This document shows positions 17,311-29,108 of a stretch of 55,348 nucleotides of DNA, piece after piece. Source of the stretch: Comamonadaceae bacterium (GTDB lineage Bacteria; Pseudomonadota; Gammaproteobacteria; Burkholderiales; Burkholderiaceae_C); contig JANXSU010000293.1 of assembly GCA_025356545.1 (NCBI GenBank), forward strand, positions 1-55,348. Reading direction: 5' to 3'. The notes under the pieces were generated by a model that did no database searches, had not been told where the DNA came from, and saw only the letters and a list, made by a program, of their open reading frames with translations. Position numbers and translations under genes: made by a program. Every line of letters starts with the position of its first letter. The stretch's first letter is position 1.

Positions 17311-18294
17311 TCAATCCACCGTGAGCTTGTTGTCCAGAATGATCTTCGCGTAACGCTTGCGGTCATTGGCGATGAGTTGCACAAACTCAGCCGGTGTGCC
17401 GCCTTTGGCCAAAGCGCCTTGGGCGATGAGTTGCTGCTGCACGTCTGGCATGGCCAGTACTTGTTGCAGGTCTTTGGAGATTTTTTCCACAATGTCTTTG
17501 GGCGTGTCGGCGGGGGCGAGCAGGCCTATCCATGAGCCGGACTCTGCACCCTTCACGCCAGCCTCTTCCAGCGTGGGTACATCAGGCAAGGCGGGCACGC
17601 GGCTTTTGCTGCTGATGGCTAACGCTCGGAGTTTGCCTGCCTTGATGTGGGCCGAGGTCTCCAGCACCGACACAAAAATCATGTCCACATTACCTGATAT
17701 CAAATCGATCATGGCCGGGCCACCGCCCCGGTAGGGGATGTGCAGGATGTGCGTGCCGGTGGCGATCTTGAAGGTCTCGGCTGAGAGGTGTGGCGAGCCG
17801 CCGTTGCCTGAGCTGGCATAGGTAAGCTGGCCGGGGCGGGTCTTGGCCAAGGCGACCAGCTCTTTGACGTTCTTGGCGGGCAATCCGCTGGTGACGGCCA
17901 GCACAAAAGGCAACTCAGCAAACAAGCCGATGGGGGTGAAGGCGGTGTCCGGGTTGTAGTTGAGCTTTTTATACAGCGTGGGGTTGATGGACTGTGTGCC
18001 CACATTGCCGGTGAGCAGGGTGTAGCCGTCGGGCTTGGCGCGTGAGACCACTTCAAGCCCCACATTGCCTCCTGCACCGCCCCGGTTGTCCACCACCACC
18101 GATTGACCCCAGATTTGCGACAGTCGCTGCGCCACGATGCGCGAACCGATGTCGGTGCCGCCACCGGCGGCAAAGGGCACGATGAGGGTGACGGGCTTGG
18201 TGGGCCAGGGGGTGGTTTGTGCGTGCGTGTTCAGGCACAAGAGACCGACGCCCAGCATCAACAGGGCGTTTCGTTTTGAGTTCTCAAAATTCAT
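17311..18294 (-). CDS. Bug-family (TctC-like) substrate-binding protein
   Basis: Signal peptide, then PVTLIVPFAAGGGTDIGSRI...VVDNRGGAGG. Confidence 0.9.
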   Translation of the reverse strand: MNFENSKRNALLMLGVGLLCLNTHAQTTPWPTKPVTLIVPFAAGGGTDIGSRIVAQRLSQIWGQSVVVDNRGGAGGNVGLEVVSRAKPDGYTLLTGNVGTQSINPTLYKKLNYNPDTAFTPIGLFAELPFVLAVTSGLPAKNVKELVALAKTRPGQLTYASSGNGGSPHLSAETFKIATGTHILHIPYRGGGPAMIDLISGNVDMIFVSVLETSAHIKAGKLRALAISSKSRVPALPDVPTLEEAGVKGAESGSWIGLLAPADTPKDIVEKISKDLQQVLAMPDVQQQLIAQGALAKGGTPAEFVQLIANDRKRYAKIILDNKLTVD

Positions 18295-18321
18295 TTCGAT
18301 CTCCTTGTGCGTGTGAAGGGG

Positions 18322-19038
18322 TTAGCGATTGTTGGCTTTGCGCCAGACTTCAAAGTCAATGCGGCTTTGCTCTTGTGTCGGCGGGTACAGGCCCACGATG
18401 GAGCGGCCCTCGCGCACCTTCTCGGCCACAAAGTCTTCAAAGGCGGTCATCTCGGTGGCCTCGGCGGCTATCTCGTCGGCCATGTGAGCGGGGATGACGA
18501 CCACGCCTTCGCCGTCGCCCACCATCACGTCCCCAGGGAACACCGGCGCATCGCCGCAGCCAATGGGAACGTTGATGTCCAGCGCCTGGTGCACGGTGAG
18601 GTTGGTGGGGGCGCTGGGGCGCGAGTGGTAGGTGGGGATGTTGAAGGTGGCGATCTCGGGCGAATCACGAAAGCCGCCATCGGTCACCACGCCGGCCACG
18701 CCGCGCTGCATCATGCGCAACACCAGAATGCCACCTGCCGACGCAGCGCGGGCGTCTTTGCGGCTGTCAATCACCATCACCGCACCGGGCGGGCATTGCT
18801 CCACCGCCACGCGCTGCGGGTGGGCGGAGTTGAGGAAGACGGAGATGGGGTTGAGGTCTTCACGCGCGGGGATGTAGCGCAGGGTGTAGGCCTCGCCCAC
18901 CATATTGGGCAGCTTGGGGTTGAGTGGCTGCACGTTCTGGATGAACTGGTGACTCAGGCCGCGTTTGAACAGGGCAGTGCACAGGGTGGCGGTGCTCACG
19001 TGCATGAACAATTCACGGGTTTGGGGGGAGAGGGGCAT
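18322..19038 (-). CDS. RraA / 4-hydroxy-4-methyl-2-oxoglutarate aldolase-like (class II aldolase/decarboxylase) family protein
   Basis: 238 aa. GAVMVIDSRKDARAASAGGILVLRMMQRGVAGVVTDGGFRD matches the RraA-like fold signature (G-x20-R ... DG-x-RD). Confidence 0.8.
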   Translation of the reverse strand: MPLSPQTRELFMHVSTATLCTALFKRGLSHQFIQNVQPLNPKLPNMVGEAYTLRYIPAREDLNPISVFLNSAHPQRVAVEQCPPGAVMVIDSRKDARAASAGGILVLRMMQRGVAGVVTDGGFRDSPEIATFNIPTYHSRPSAPTNLTVHQALDINVPIGCGDAPVFPGDVMVGDGEGVVVIPAHMADEIAAEATEMTAFEDFVAEKVREGRSIVGLYPPTQEQSRIDFEVWRKANNR

Positions 19039-19051
19039 GGTGTTTCCTGAT

Positions 19052-19993
19052 TTATGACACGGCGACTTTGACTTGACCGGTGCTGAAGAAGGTGTGCAGG
19101 TTGTCCATCACCAAATCGGCCATGGCCTGACGCGTTTCATGCGTGGCGCTGGCCAAATGGGGTAGCAGCACGGCGTTGTCCAGCGCCAGCAGGCGCTCAG
19201 GAATGTTGGGCTCGTCGTCGTACACGTCCAGGCCTGCACCGGCGATGAGGTTTTGTTCCAGCGCCTCAATCAACGCAACTTCGTCGATCACCGAGCCGCG
19301 TGAGATGTTGACCAAGAAGCCACGTGGCCCCAGGGCCTTCAAGATGTCGCGGGAGATCAGGTGCTTGGTCTCTGCGCCACCCGCACTGGCCACCACCAGA
19401 AAGTCGCACCAGTTGGCCAATGCTGCAAGGGTTGCCTCATAGGTGTAGGGCAGTGCCGGATTGGGCTTGCGGTTGTGGTAGCGGATGTCCATGTCAAAAC
19501 CGCTGGCGCGGCGTGCAATGACTTGGCCGATGCGGCCCAGCCCGACGATGCCCAGGCGCTTGCCGCTGACGCGGGTGGTCAAAGGGTAGGGCGATTTGAG
19601 CCATTTTTTCTCACGCGCGTAGCGGTCAGACGCGCTCATGCCGCGTGCCACGTCAATCAACAGGCCCATAGCCGTGTCAGCCACGCAGTCGTTCAAAACA
19701 TCGGGCGTGTAGCCGATGGGAATGTGGCGCTGTTGTGCCTCGGCGATGGCGATGGTCTCGTAACCCACACCAAACGAAGAGATCACTTTCAATGCGGGCA
19801 GTGCTTTGATGAGCGCGGCCGTCGCACCCACGCGGGCCGAGGTGACCAGGCCTTCAAACTCAGCCCCGTGTTGGGTCAGAAATGCGTCAGAGTCGGCTTC
19901 TTTCCACAGTGGGTGCAGGTCGTAGTCTTGCGCCAATTGCTGCTCCAGCGCGGGTAGCAAGCGGCCATTCATAAGAATGCGGTGTTTTGTCAT
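19052..19993 (-). CDS. D-isomer-specific 2-hydroxyacid dehydrogenase (glyoxylate/hydroxypyruvate reductase-like)
   Basis: NAD motif GIVGLGRIGQVIARR. Catalytic region FLVNISRGSVIDEVAL...LDVYDDEP...LLPHLASAT. Confidence 0.9.
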   Translation of the reverse strand: MTKHRILMNGRLLPALEQQLAQDYDLHPLWKEADSDAFLTQHGAEFEGLVTSARVGATAALIKALPALKVISSFGVGYETIAIAEAQQRHIPIGYTPDVLNDCVADTAMGLLIDVARGMSASDRYAREKKWLKSPYPLTTRVSGKRLGIVGLGRIGQVIARRASGFDMDIRYHNRKPNPALPYTYEATLAALANWCDFLVVASAGGAETKHLISRDILKALGPRGFLVNISRGSVIDEVALIEALEQNLIAGAGLDVYDDEPNIPERLLALDNAVLLPHLASATHETRQAMADLVMDNLHTFFSTGQVKVAVS

Positions 19994-20014
19994 AGGGTTA
20001 GAGTCGTTGAGTGT

Positions 20015-22947
<2,933 letters not shown>

Positions 22948-23937
22948 TTAATCGACCTGTGCACCCGCCGCGTTCACCATGGTTTTGAACTTGCCAAGTT
23001 GGTCGGCAATGTATGGGCCGGATTCCTTCACGCCCATGGGCAGCGGGTCAAATCCCAGAGATGCCAAGCGCTCCAGCGTCTCGGGCAGGGCCATGATGCG
23101 CAGCACTTCGGCGTTGAGTTTTGCGGTCACGGCTGCGGGCATGTTGGCCGGGCCCATCAAAGCAAACCAGCCGACCACTTCAAAGCCGGGTACGCCCGCT
23201 TCATGCAGCGTGGGCGTGTCTTTGGCGGCCAGTGAGCGTGTCAGGGCCGAGGTGGCCAACAGGCGCACTTTGCCCGCTTTGGCGTGCGGCAAAAAAATGG
23301 CCGTGTTGTCAAACATGAAAACCACTTGCCCACCCAGCAAATCGGTGCGAGCGGTGTCACTGCTCTTGTAGGGGATGTGCACCATGCTGGTTTTCGTCAT
23401 CTGCCCCAAGAGCGCACCGGCCAAGTGGCTGGTGGAGCCGTTGCCGCTGGACGCGTAGTCGATCTTTTTGGTTTTGCCGTCAGCAATCAAATCGCCCAGG
23501 GTTTTGTAGGGCGAGTTGGTGGGCACGGCCAAGGCGTAATCGGTGCTGGCAAAAACGGCAATGCTGGTGAAGTCTTTCACCGCATCGTAGCCAATGTTTT
23601 TGATCACCCAGGGGTTGATGCTGTGCGTGGAGCTGGTGGCCAGGATCAGCGTGTAGCCATCGGCAGCCGCCTTTTGCACCTCGCGCGTGCCAATGGAGCC
23701 GCCTGCGCCGGGGCGGCTTTCAATCGTGACAGTTTGCTTGAATGACTCCGATATTTTTTGCCCCAGCAATCGTGCCAAAGTGTCCGAACCACCGCCTGGG
23801 CCAAAGGCCACGATGATCTTGATGGGACGGCTCGGGTAATCAGCTTGCGCCAGGGCCACAGAACTCAGTCCCGCGCCGCAACATGCGATCACCATGCCCG
23901 CTAAGGTCTGCGTCAATTTTGTTTTGAATGCGCTCAT
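22948..23937 (-). CDS. Bug-family (TctC-like) substrate-binding protein
   Basis: Signal peptide, then PIKIIVAFGPGGGSDTLARL...ESRPGAGG. Confidence 0.9.
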   Translation of the reverse strand: MSAFKTKLTQTLAGMVIACCGAGLSSVALAQADYPSRPIKIIVAFGPGGGSDTLARLLGQKISESFKQTVTIESRPGAGGSIGTREVQKAAADGYTLILATSSTHSINPWVIKNIGYDAVKDFTSIAVFASTDYALAVPTNSPYKTLGDLIADGKTKKIDYASSGNGSTSHLAGALLGQMTKTSMVHIPYKSSDTARTDLLGGQVVFMFDNTAIFLPHAKAGKVRLLATSALTRSLAAKDTPTLHEAGVPGFEVVGWFALMGPANMPAAVTAKLNAEVLRIMALPETLERLASLGFDPLPMGVKESGPYIADQLGKFKTMVNAAGAQVD

Positions 23938-23970
23938 CTCGGTCTCCTGTTGTTGGACTGAGATGGTAAG

Positions 23971-24861
23971 TCACATATTGGGCGGTTCGACAAAACCAAA
24001 GAAGCGTTTGCCCGCCGTTTGATTCTCATAAATCGAGCCCTGGTTTTTGGCCGGTGGCAAAGGCAGGCGCACCGGCGCTTCGCGCAAGCGCGGCGTGATG
24101 GTGTCAACGCCATAGAGCAGGCGCTCTGTGTAGCCCTCGTAGTTGCCGTAGGCGCTGCCCAGACCCATGATAGGGAAGGCGTCACCCGCCGCCACCTCAT
24201 ACAGCAGCAGCCCGCGTGGGCGATTGGAGGTGTTTTGCGCCGAGCCATGCACCGTGCGCACATGGTGGAAAGAGCAAGAACCTGCCGGGCCTTCGCACGC
24301 CACGGCCTTGGAGAAATCTACACCGCAGGTCTCGGGGTCCATCGCGCCAGTGAAGTAACCGTTTGCACCGTGGTGGTCAAACGTCGGGCCTTTGTGTGTA
24401 CCGGGGATGACATACATCGCCCCGTTCGCAACAGTGGTGTCGTCCAGCATCACGCCAATGGCCAGCACGTCGTCGTTGGTGTGCGGGTAAAACGCCCAGT
24501 CTTGATGCCACTCTACGGGCGAGCCGTAACCGGGCGACTTGAGGTTGAGTTTGGAGCCATACAAACGACCCGAGGGGCCGATCAATGCACGCAGGCAATC
24601 GGACAGCGCCTTGGATTTGGCGAAGTCATAAAACACAGGGTTGACCACATGCGGCTTCTTGATGCGCCGCACGCGCGGATCGGCTGCGCTGTGGCTGGGC
24701 TCCAGGTCGTACACGTCGGTGTGCGCGGTGACGCTGCGTGAGGCTTCTACCAGTTCCGCCAAGATGTCCTTCATGCGTTTGCAAGTGGCCGCGTCCAGGA
24801 CGCCGGGGACGACGACGGCGCCGTCTTCCCGGTATTGCTCAATCTGTTGAGAGGTCAGCAT
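23971..24861 (-). CDS. Phytanoyl-CoA dioxygenase (PhyH) family Fe(II)/2-oxoglutarate-dependent oxygenase
   Basis: MLTSQQIEQYREDGAVVVPGVL... and the WHQDWAFYP facial-triad region (H-x-D), followed by ...GTHKG and ...FHHVRTVHGS. Confidence 0.85.
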   Translation of the reverse strand: MLTSQQIEQYREDGAVVVPGVLDAATCKRMKDILAELVEASRSVTAHTDVYDLEPSHSAADPRVRRIKKPHVVNPVFYDFAKSKALSDCLRALIGPSGRLYGSKLNLKSPGYGSPVEWHQDWAFYPHTNDDVLAIGVMLDDTTVANGAMYVIPGTHKGPTFDHHGANGYFTGAMDPETCGVDFSKAVACEGPAGSCSFHHVRTVHGSAQNTSNRPRGLLLYEVAAGDAFPIMGLGSAYGNYEGYTERLLYGVDTITPRLREAPVRLPLPPAKNQGSIYENQTAGKRFFGFVEPPNM

Positions 24862-24891
24862 GGGTGAAATTCCTGTTTAAAATTTGCTATT

Positions 24892-24907
24892 ATGTTAGCG
24901 CTAACAT
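24892..24907. promoter_or_regulatory. Perfect 16-bp palindrome, candidate LacI-family operator
   Basis: ATGTTAGCGCTAACAT sits in the 71-bp divergent region between the PhyH operon and the LacI-family gene. It has the ATGTTA-N4-TAACAT architecture typical of LacI/GalR-type operators. Confidence 0.7.
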
Positions 24908-24932
24908 TAATTCTAAATTAGAAAATCTTGAA

Positions 24933-25958
24933 ATGTCAATAACAACGCCTAGAAAAAGCCGCGCCAGCAGCGCAGGCAGCCGCATGGAAGATGTGGCTGC
25001 GATGGCGGGCGTGTCCATGATCACCGTGTCGCGCGTGCTCAACACGCCCGACAAAGTGGCTGTCAAAACCCGAGACGCGGTGTTGGCGGCCATCAAGAAA
25101 ACCGGCTACGTGCCCAACCTGATGGCCGGCGGTTTAGCGTCCAACAAAAGCCGCATCATCGGTGCAATTGTTCCCACGATTGACAACTCCATCTTTGCCG
25201 ACACCGTGCGTGGCCTCTCAGACACGCTGGCAGCGCAGGGCTACCAGTTGCTGTTGGGGCAAAGCAATTACGACCTGAAGACTGAAGAGTCACTGGTGGC
25301 CACCTTCATGGGCCGTCGGGTGGATGGTCTGGTGCTCACCGGTGGCACGCATTCCGCGCTGACCACCAAGCGCCTGCGCCAAGGCGGCATCCCCGTGGTG
25401 CAGACCTGGGACTTGCCGAAAAAACCCATCGACATGGTGGCCGGTTTTTCCAACTTCGAGGCAGGTCGGGCCGTGGGGCAGTACCTGCTGGCCAAGGGCT
25501 GGCGCAAGCTCTGCTTTGCTGGCGGGCCGGATGATCGATCAGCCGCACGGCTGGAGGGCTTGCGCAGCGCCGTGGAGAGGGTGCGCGGTGCAACGCTCAA
25601 GGTTGAGCCGCTACCAGCAGGGGCGTCGTTTGCCGGTGGTCGAAAAGTGGTGGCAACACTGCTGCAAAACAAGTCACTGACCGATGCCATCTTCTTCGGC
25701 AACGACGCCTTGGCTGCAGGTGCGGTGATGGAGTGCCAGCACCGCAACATCGCCGTGCCAAGTCAACTCGCCATCTTCGGCTTTGCCGACCTCGACATCG
25801 CCGCCGCCATGGAGCCCGCCCTCACGTCCATTCGCGTTCCTACCCGGGAAATGGGCGAGGTGGCCGCGAACATGCTGCTGACGCGGCTCAAGGGGGAGTC
25901 GCTGGAGGTTGGTGTGCGGGATCTGGGGTTCGAGTTGATGGCGCGGGAGAGTGCGTGA
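24933..25958 (+). CDS. LacI-family transcriptional regulator
   Basis: The HTH is MEDVAAMAGVSMITVSRVLNTPDKVAVKTRDAVLAAIKKTGYVPN, followed by a periplasmic-binding-protein-like effector domain. The start MSITTPRKSRASS at 24933 gives a basic N-terminal extension like the paralogue at 34273. The track start at 24738 overlaps the divergent gene. Confidence 0.9.
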   Translation: MSITTPRKSRASSAGSRMEDVAAMAGVSMITVSRVLNTPDKVAVKTRDAVLAAIKKTGYVPNLMAGGLASNKSRIIGAIVPTIDNSIFADTVRGLSDTLAAQGYQLLLGQSNYDLKTEESLVATFMGRRVDGLVLTGGTHSALTTKRLRQGGIPVVQTWDLPKKPIDMVAGFSNFEAGRAVGQYLLAKGWRKLCFAGGPDDRSAARLEGLRSAVERVRGATLKVEPLPAGASFAGGRKVVATLLQNKSLTDAIFFGNDALAAGAVMECQHRNIAVPSQLAIFGFADLDIAAAMEPALTSIRVPTREMGEVAANMLLTRLKGESLEVGVRDLGFELMARESA

Positions 25959-26001
25959 TGAATATCAGACTAGAATAAAGACCAGTTATTAAGGAGTCAC
26001 C

Positions 26002-26253
26002 ATGAAGACATGGGCTGTGCAAGACGCCAAGGCGCATTTCAGTGAATTCCTCAAAGCATCCCTCACCGTGGGGCCACAAATCGTGACATACCACGGGGCG
26101 CGGGCGGCTGTGTTGTTGCCGGTGGCTGAGTGGGAGCGCTTGAAGGGACGCGAGTCGGCCAGTTTGAAAGCCTTGTTGTTGGGGGCCGGCACCGAGCTGG
26201 ATAACTTGCCGGTGCGGGGGAAGTTGCGTCGTCGTTCAGCCCCCGTTCTCTGA
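26002..26253 (+). CDS. Phd/YefM-type antitoxin (VapB partner)
   Basis: 83 aa. MKTWAVQDAKAHFSEFLKASLTVGPQIVTYHGARAAVLLPVAEWERL is the typical Phd/YefM fold N-terminus. It lies 12 nt upstream of the PIN toxin. Confidence 0.8.
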   Translation: MKTWAVQDAKAHFSEFLKASLTVGPQIVTYHGARAAVLLPVAEWERLKGRESASLKALLLGAGTELDNLPVRGKLRRRSAPVL

Positions 26254-26265
26254 GGTAGAGCGGCT

Positions 26266-26679
26266 GTGTATCTACTCGACACCAACGTCATTTCAGAGCT
26301 GCGCAAACCTCGCCCCCACGGTGGGGTGCTGGCCTGGGTCGATGCCGTTCCTGAGGCGCAGCTATTTTTGTCAGCGGTGACGGTGGGTGAGATTCAAGCT
26401 GGGATCGAGATCACACGCGAGCAAGACATCACCAAGGCGCAGGCGATTGAGGCTTGGCTCAACCAAGTCGCCCAGTCTTACCAAGTGCTGGCCGCCGATG
26501 CGCGCGTGTTTCGCCGCTGGGCGCAACTCATGCACCGCAAGCCCGATCACCACTTGGAAGACGCATTGATCGCCGCCACCGCGCTGACGCACGGCTTGAC
26601 TGTGGTGACCCGCAACACCAAGGACTTCAAGGGGTTTGGGGTGGCGTTGCTGAATCCGTTTACAAAACTGGAACATTGA
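26266..26679 (+). CDS. vapC: PIN-domain ribonuclease toxin VapC
   Basis: YLLDTNVISELRKP... (first acidic residue), ...EDALIAATALTHGLTVVTRNTKDF (PIN C-terminal motif). GTG start. Confidence 0.88.
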   Translation: MYLLDTNVISELRKPRPHGGVLAWVDAVPEAQLFLSAVTVGEIQAGIEITREQDITKAQAIEAWLNQVAQSYQVLAADARVFRRWAQLMHRKPDHHLEDALIAATALTHGLTVVTRNTKDFKGFGVALLNPFTKLEH

Positions 26680-26723
26680 GCGCTGCGGTATAGCGGCGCA
26701 AACCGTGCCGCCATCCAGCGTAT

Positions 26724-28475
26724 TCAACCCCTCGGCGTTTTTCCCTTGCTCTCAGCCGCTCGTAAAAAGTCAAAATCCACCCCCTTGTCCGCCTGCGTTA
26801 CCGTCTGCAAAAACAGCTTTTTGTAGCCGCGTGCAGCCGTAGGTTCGACGATGGGGTTGGCCAGCGCACGTTGCGCCAACTCTTCGGCTGACACCAGCAA
26901 ACTGATCTCGCGGTTTTTCACGCTCAGGCGAATGCGGTCACCGCTTTGCACATAAGCCAGCGGCCCGCCCACTGCCGATTCGGGTGTGACGTGCAGCACG
27001 ATGGTGCCGTAGCCGGTGCCACTCATGCGGCCATCGGAGATGCGCACCATGTCTTTCACGCCCGCGCGCGCCAGCTTGATGGGGATGGGCAGGTAGCCCG
27101 CCTCGGGCATGCCGGGCGCGCCTTTGGGGCCGATGTTTTTCAGCACCAGAATGTCGTCCGCCGTCACGTCCAGGTCGGGGTCGTCCACGCGGTTGGCCAG
27201 GTCGGCGGCGTTCTCAAAAACCACGGCGCGGCCTTCGTGCTCCATCAGTTTGGAGTCGGCTGCGGATTGCTTGATGATCGCGCCGCCAGGGGCCAGGTTG
27301 CCGTACAGCACGGCGATGCCGCCTTGCGGGTAGATGGGCCTGTCAAACGGGCGCACCACGTCTTGCTTGAAACCGGGGCCTTGGGCTTCGAGTTCTTCGC
27401 CCAGGGTGCGGCCCGTCACGGTCATCGCGTCCAGGTTCAGCAGCGGCTTCAATTCGCGCAGCAAGGTGGCCATGCCGCCTGCGTGGTGAAAGTCTTCCAT
27501 GTAATGCTGACCCGAGGGCTTGAGGTCCAGCAGCACCGGCGTATCGCGGCCCATGCGGTCCAGCGCGGGCAGGTCAATGTCCAGGCCCAAGCGCCCGGCA
27601 ATGGCTGCCAGGTGCACGATGCCGTTGGTGGAGCCGCCAATGGCCAGCAGCACGCGCAAGGCGTTTTCAAACGCGGCGGGCGTCAGGATTTTGTCGATGG
27701 TCAGCCCGTCAATCGCCATCTGTACGGCACGTGCACCGGTTTCCTCGGCGATGCGGATGCGGTCGGCGGTGACGGCGGGCGGCGACGCACCACCCGGCAC
27801 GGTCATGCCCAGGGCTTCGGCGATGCAGGCCATGGTGCTGGCCGTGCCCATCACCGAGCAGGTGCCCACGCTGGCGACCAACTGGTTGTTGACCTCGTCC
27901 TTTTCCTCGGTGCTGATCTCATCGGCACGGAACTTGGCCCAGTAGCGGCGGCAGTCGGTGCAAGCCCCAACCCGTTCACTGCGGTGCGAGCCGGTCAACA
28001 TCGAGCCGGTGATGAGTTGGATGGCTGGCAGGCCTGCCGATGCAGCCCCCATCAATTGCGCGGGCACAGTTTTGTCGCAGCCCCCAATCAACACCACCGC
28101 GTCCATCGGCTGCGCCAGCAGCATTTCCTCGGTGTCCATGGACATGAGGTTGCGCAGGTACATGCTGGTGGGCGCGGCAAAGCTTTCGTGCACGCTGATG
28201 GTGGGGAAGTCCATCGGCAAACCACCCGCCAGCATGATGCCGCGCTTGACCGCTTCGATCAGTTGCGGCATGTTGCCATGGCAGGGGTTGTAGGCGCTGC
28301 CGGTGTTGGTGATGCCAATCACCGGGCGGTCCAGCGCTGCATCGGTATAACCCGCGCCTTTGATAAAAGCCTTGCGCAGGAATAGCGAGAAGCCTGCATC
28401 GCCGTAGCTGGTTAGGCCTTTTTTCATGCCGGTGGGGGGGCTGAGTTGTTTGTCGTCTTTGGGTGTGGTGGTCAT
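26724..28475 (-). CDS. IlvD/Edd-family dehydratase (second paralogue)
   Basis: Internal start MTTTPKDDKQL at 28475. Motifs: PVIGITNTGSAYNPCHGNMPQLIEAVKRGI, GGCDKTVPAQ, TCSVMGTASTMAC. The track ORF extends to 28736 through a non-coding-looking region. Confidence 0.9.
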   Translation of the reverse strand: MTTTPKDDKQLSPPTGMKKGLTSYGDAGFSLFLRKAFIKGAGYTDAALDRPVIGITNTGSAYNPCHGNMPQLIEAVKRGIMLAGGLPMDFPTISVHESFAAPTSMYLRNLMSMDTEEMLLAQPMDAVVLIGGCDKTVPAQLMGAASAGLPAIQLITGSMLTGSHRSERVGACTDCRRYWAKFRADEISTEEKDEVNNQLVASVGTCSVMGTASTMACIAEALGMTVPGGASPPAVTADRIRIAEETGARAVQMAIDGLTIDKILTPAAFENALRVLLAIGGSTNGIVHLAAIAGRLGLDIDLPALDRMGRDTPVLLDLKPSGQHYMEDFHHAGGMATLLRELKPLLNLDAMTVTGRTLGEELEAQGPGFKQDVVRPFDRPIYPQGGIAVLYGNLAPGGAIIKQSAADSKLMEHEGRAVVFENAADLANRVDDPDLDVTADDILVLKNIGPKGAPGMPEAGYLPIPIKLARAGVKDMVRISDGRMSGTGYGTIVLHVTPESAVGGPLAYVQSGDRIRLSVKNREISLLVSAEELAQRALANPIVEPTAARGYKKLFLQTVTQADKGVDFDFLRAAESKGKTPRG

Positions 28476-28499
28476 GGTCGTGTTCGCTATGAATTCGTC

Positions 28500-28519
28500 A
28501 TTCCCGCGTCGGCGGGAAT
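28500..28519. repeat. Short GC-rich hairpin element (family B, 'ATTCCCGC-N4-GCGGGAAT')
   Basis: ATTCCCGCgtcgGCGGGAAT is a perfect 8-bp stem, 25 nt upstream of the dehydratase start. This sequence type is a common dispersed repeat in proteobacteria. I saw only one copy in this window. Confidence 0.6.
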
Positions 28520-28697
28520 CCCGTGTTGGAGTGTGTTTAGTTTGTGATGGTAACTGCGTCGCGCTGTGTGCGCTAGTACTGTACTGTGCACGGACATAGA
28601 GTAGATGCCGCATGCACACTGGCCGCGGAAGTGTGCACAGAATGCGCGACAAACGACGAGACGCGTGATGGCCGTGCCCACGATATAACGACGTGTG

Positions 28698-28718
28698 TTG
28701 AACCCAGTCTGGGTTCAA
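28698..28718. promoter_or_regulatory. Perfect 21-bp palindrome upstream of the small secreted protein gene
   Basis: TTGAACCCAGtCTGGGTTCAA has 10-bp arms and lies 34 nt upstream of the ATG at 28752. Confidence 0.45.
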
Positions 28719-28751
28719 GCGCTGACTCAGAAACACCCAGAAAGTGTCACG

Positions 28752-29108
28752 ATGAAATCGATGTTCAAAACCGGCCTGACTGTCCTGGCCGCCGCTCTGT
28801 CTTTTGCCGCCGTCAGCGCCCTGGCGCAGCCCTCGGCCGCAGTGACGGAAGACAAGGCCCAGCTAAAGACCGACCAGAGCACGCTCAAGACCGACAAGTC
28901 GGTCGGCAAGCTGGCCGCCGAGTCCAAGGGCTCCGAGAAAATCTACCAGGACAAGCAGCTCACTAAGGCCGATAAAAACAATATCGCTAGCGACAAGGCG
29001 GCCTTGAAGGTCGACCAGAAGAAGCCGTTCGACAAAGTTGCTACAAATTTAGTAGCTTCTCACGCTACTATTCATTGGGCCGCAGGCTTAAATCACTCCA
29101 AAAATTAA
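28752..29108 (+). CDS. Small secreted Lys/Asp-rich repeat protein (hypothetical)
   Basis: [25 protein letters not shown] is a Sec signal with an A-x-A site. The mature part has four degenerate DK-x-x-LK-x-D-Q/K units. The last 25 or so codons run through an AT-rich hairpin region and overlap the convergent ALDH gene by 4 bp. Confidence 0.55.
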   Translation: MKSMFKTGLTVLAAALSFAAVSALAQPSAAVTEDKAQLKTDQSTLKTDKSVGKLAAESKGSEKIYQDKQLTKADKNNIASDKAALKVDQKKPFDKVATNLVASHATIHWAAGLNHSKN

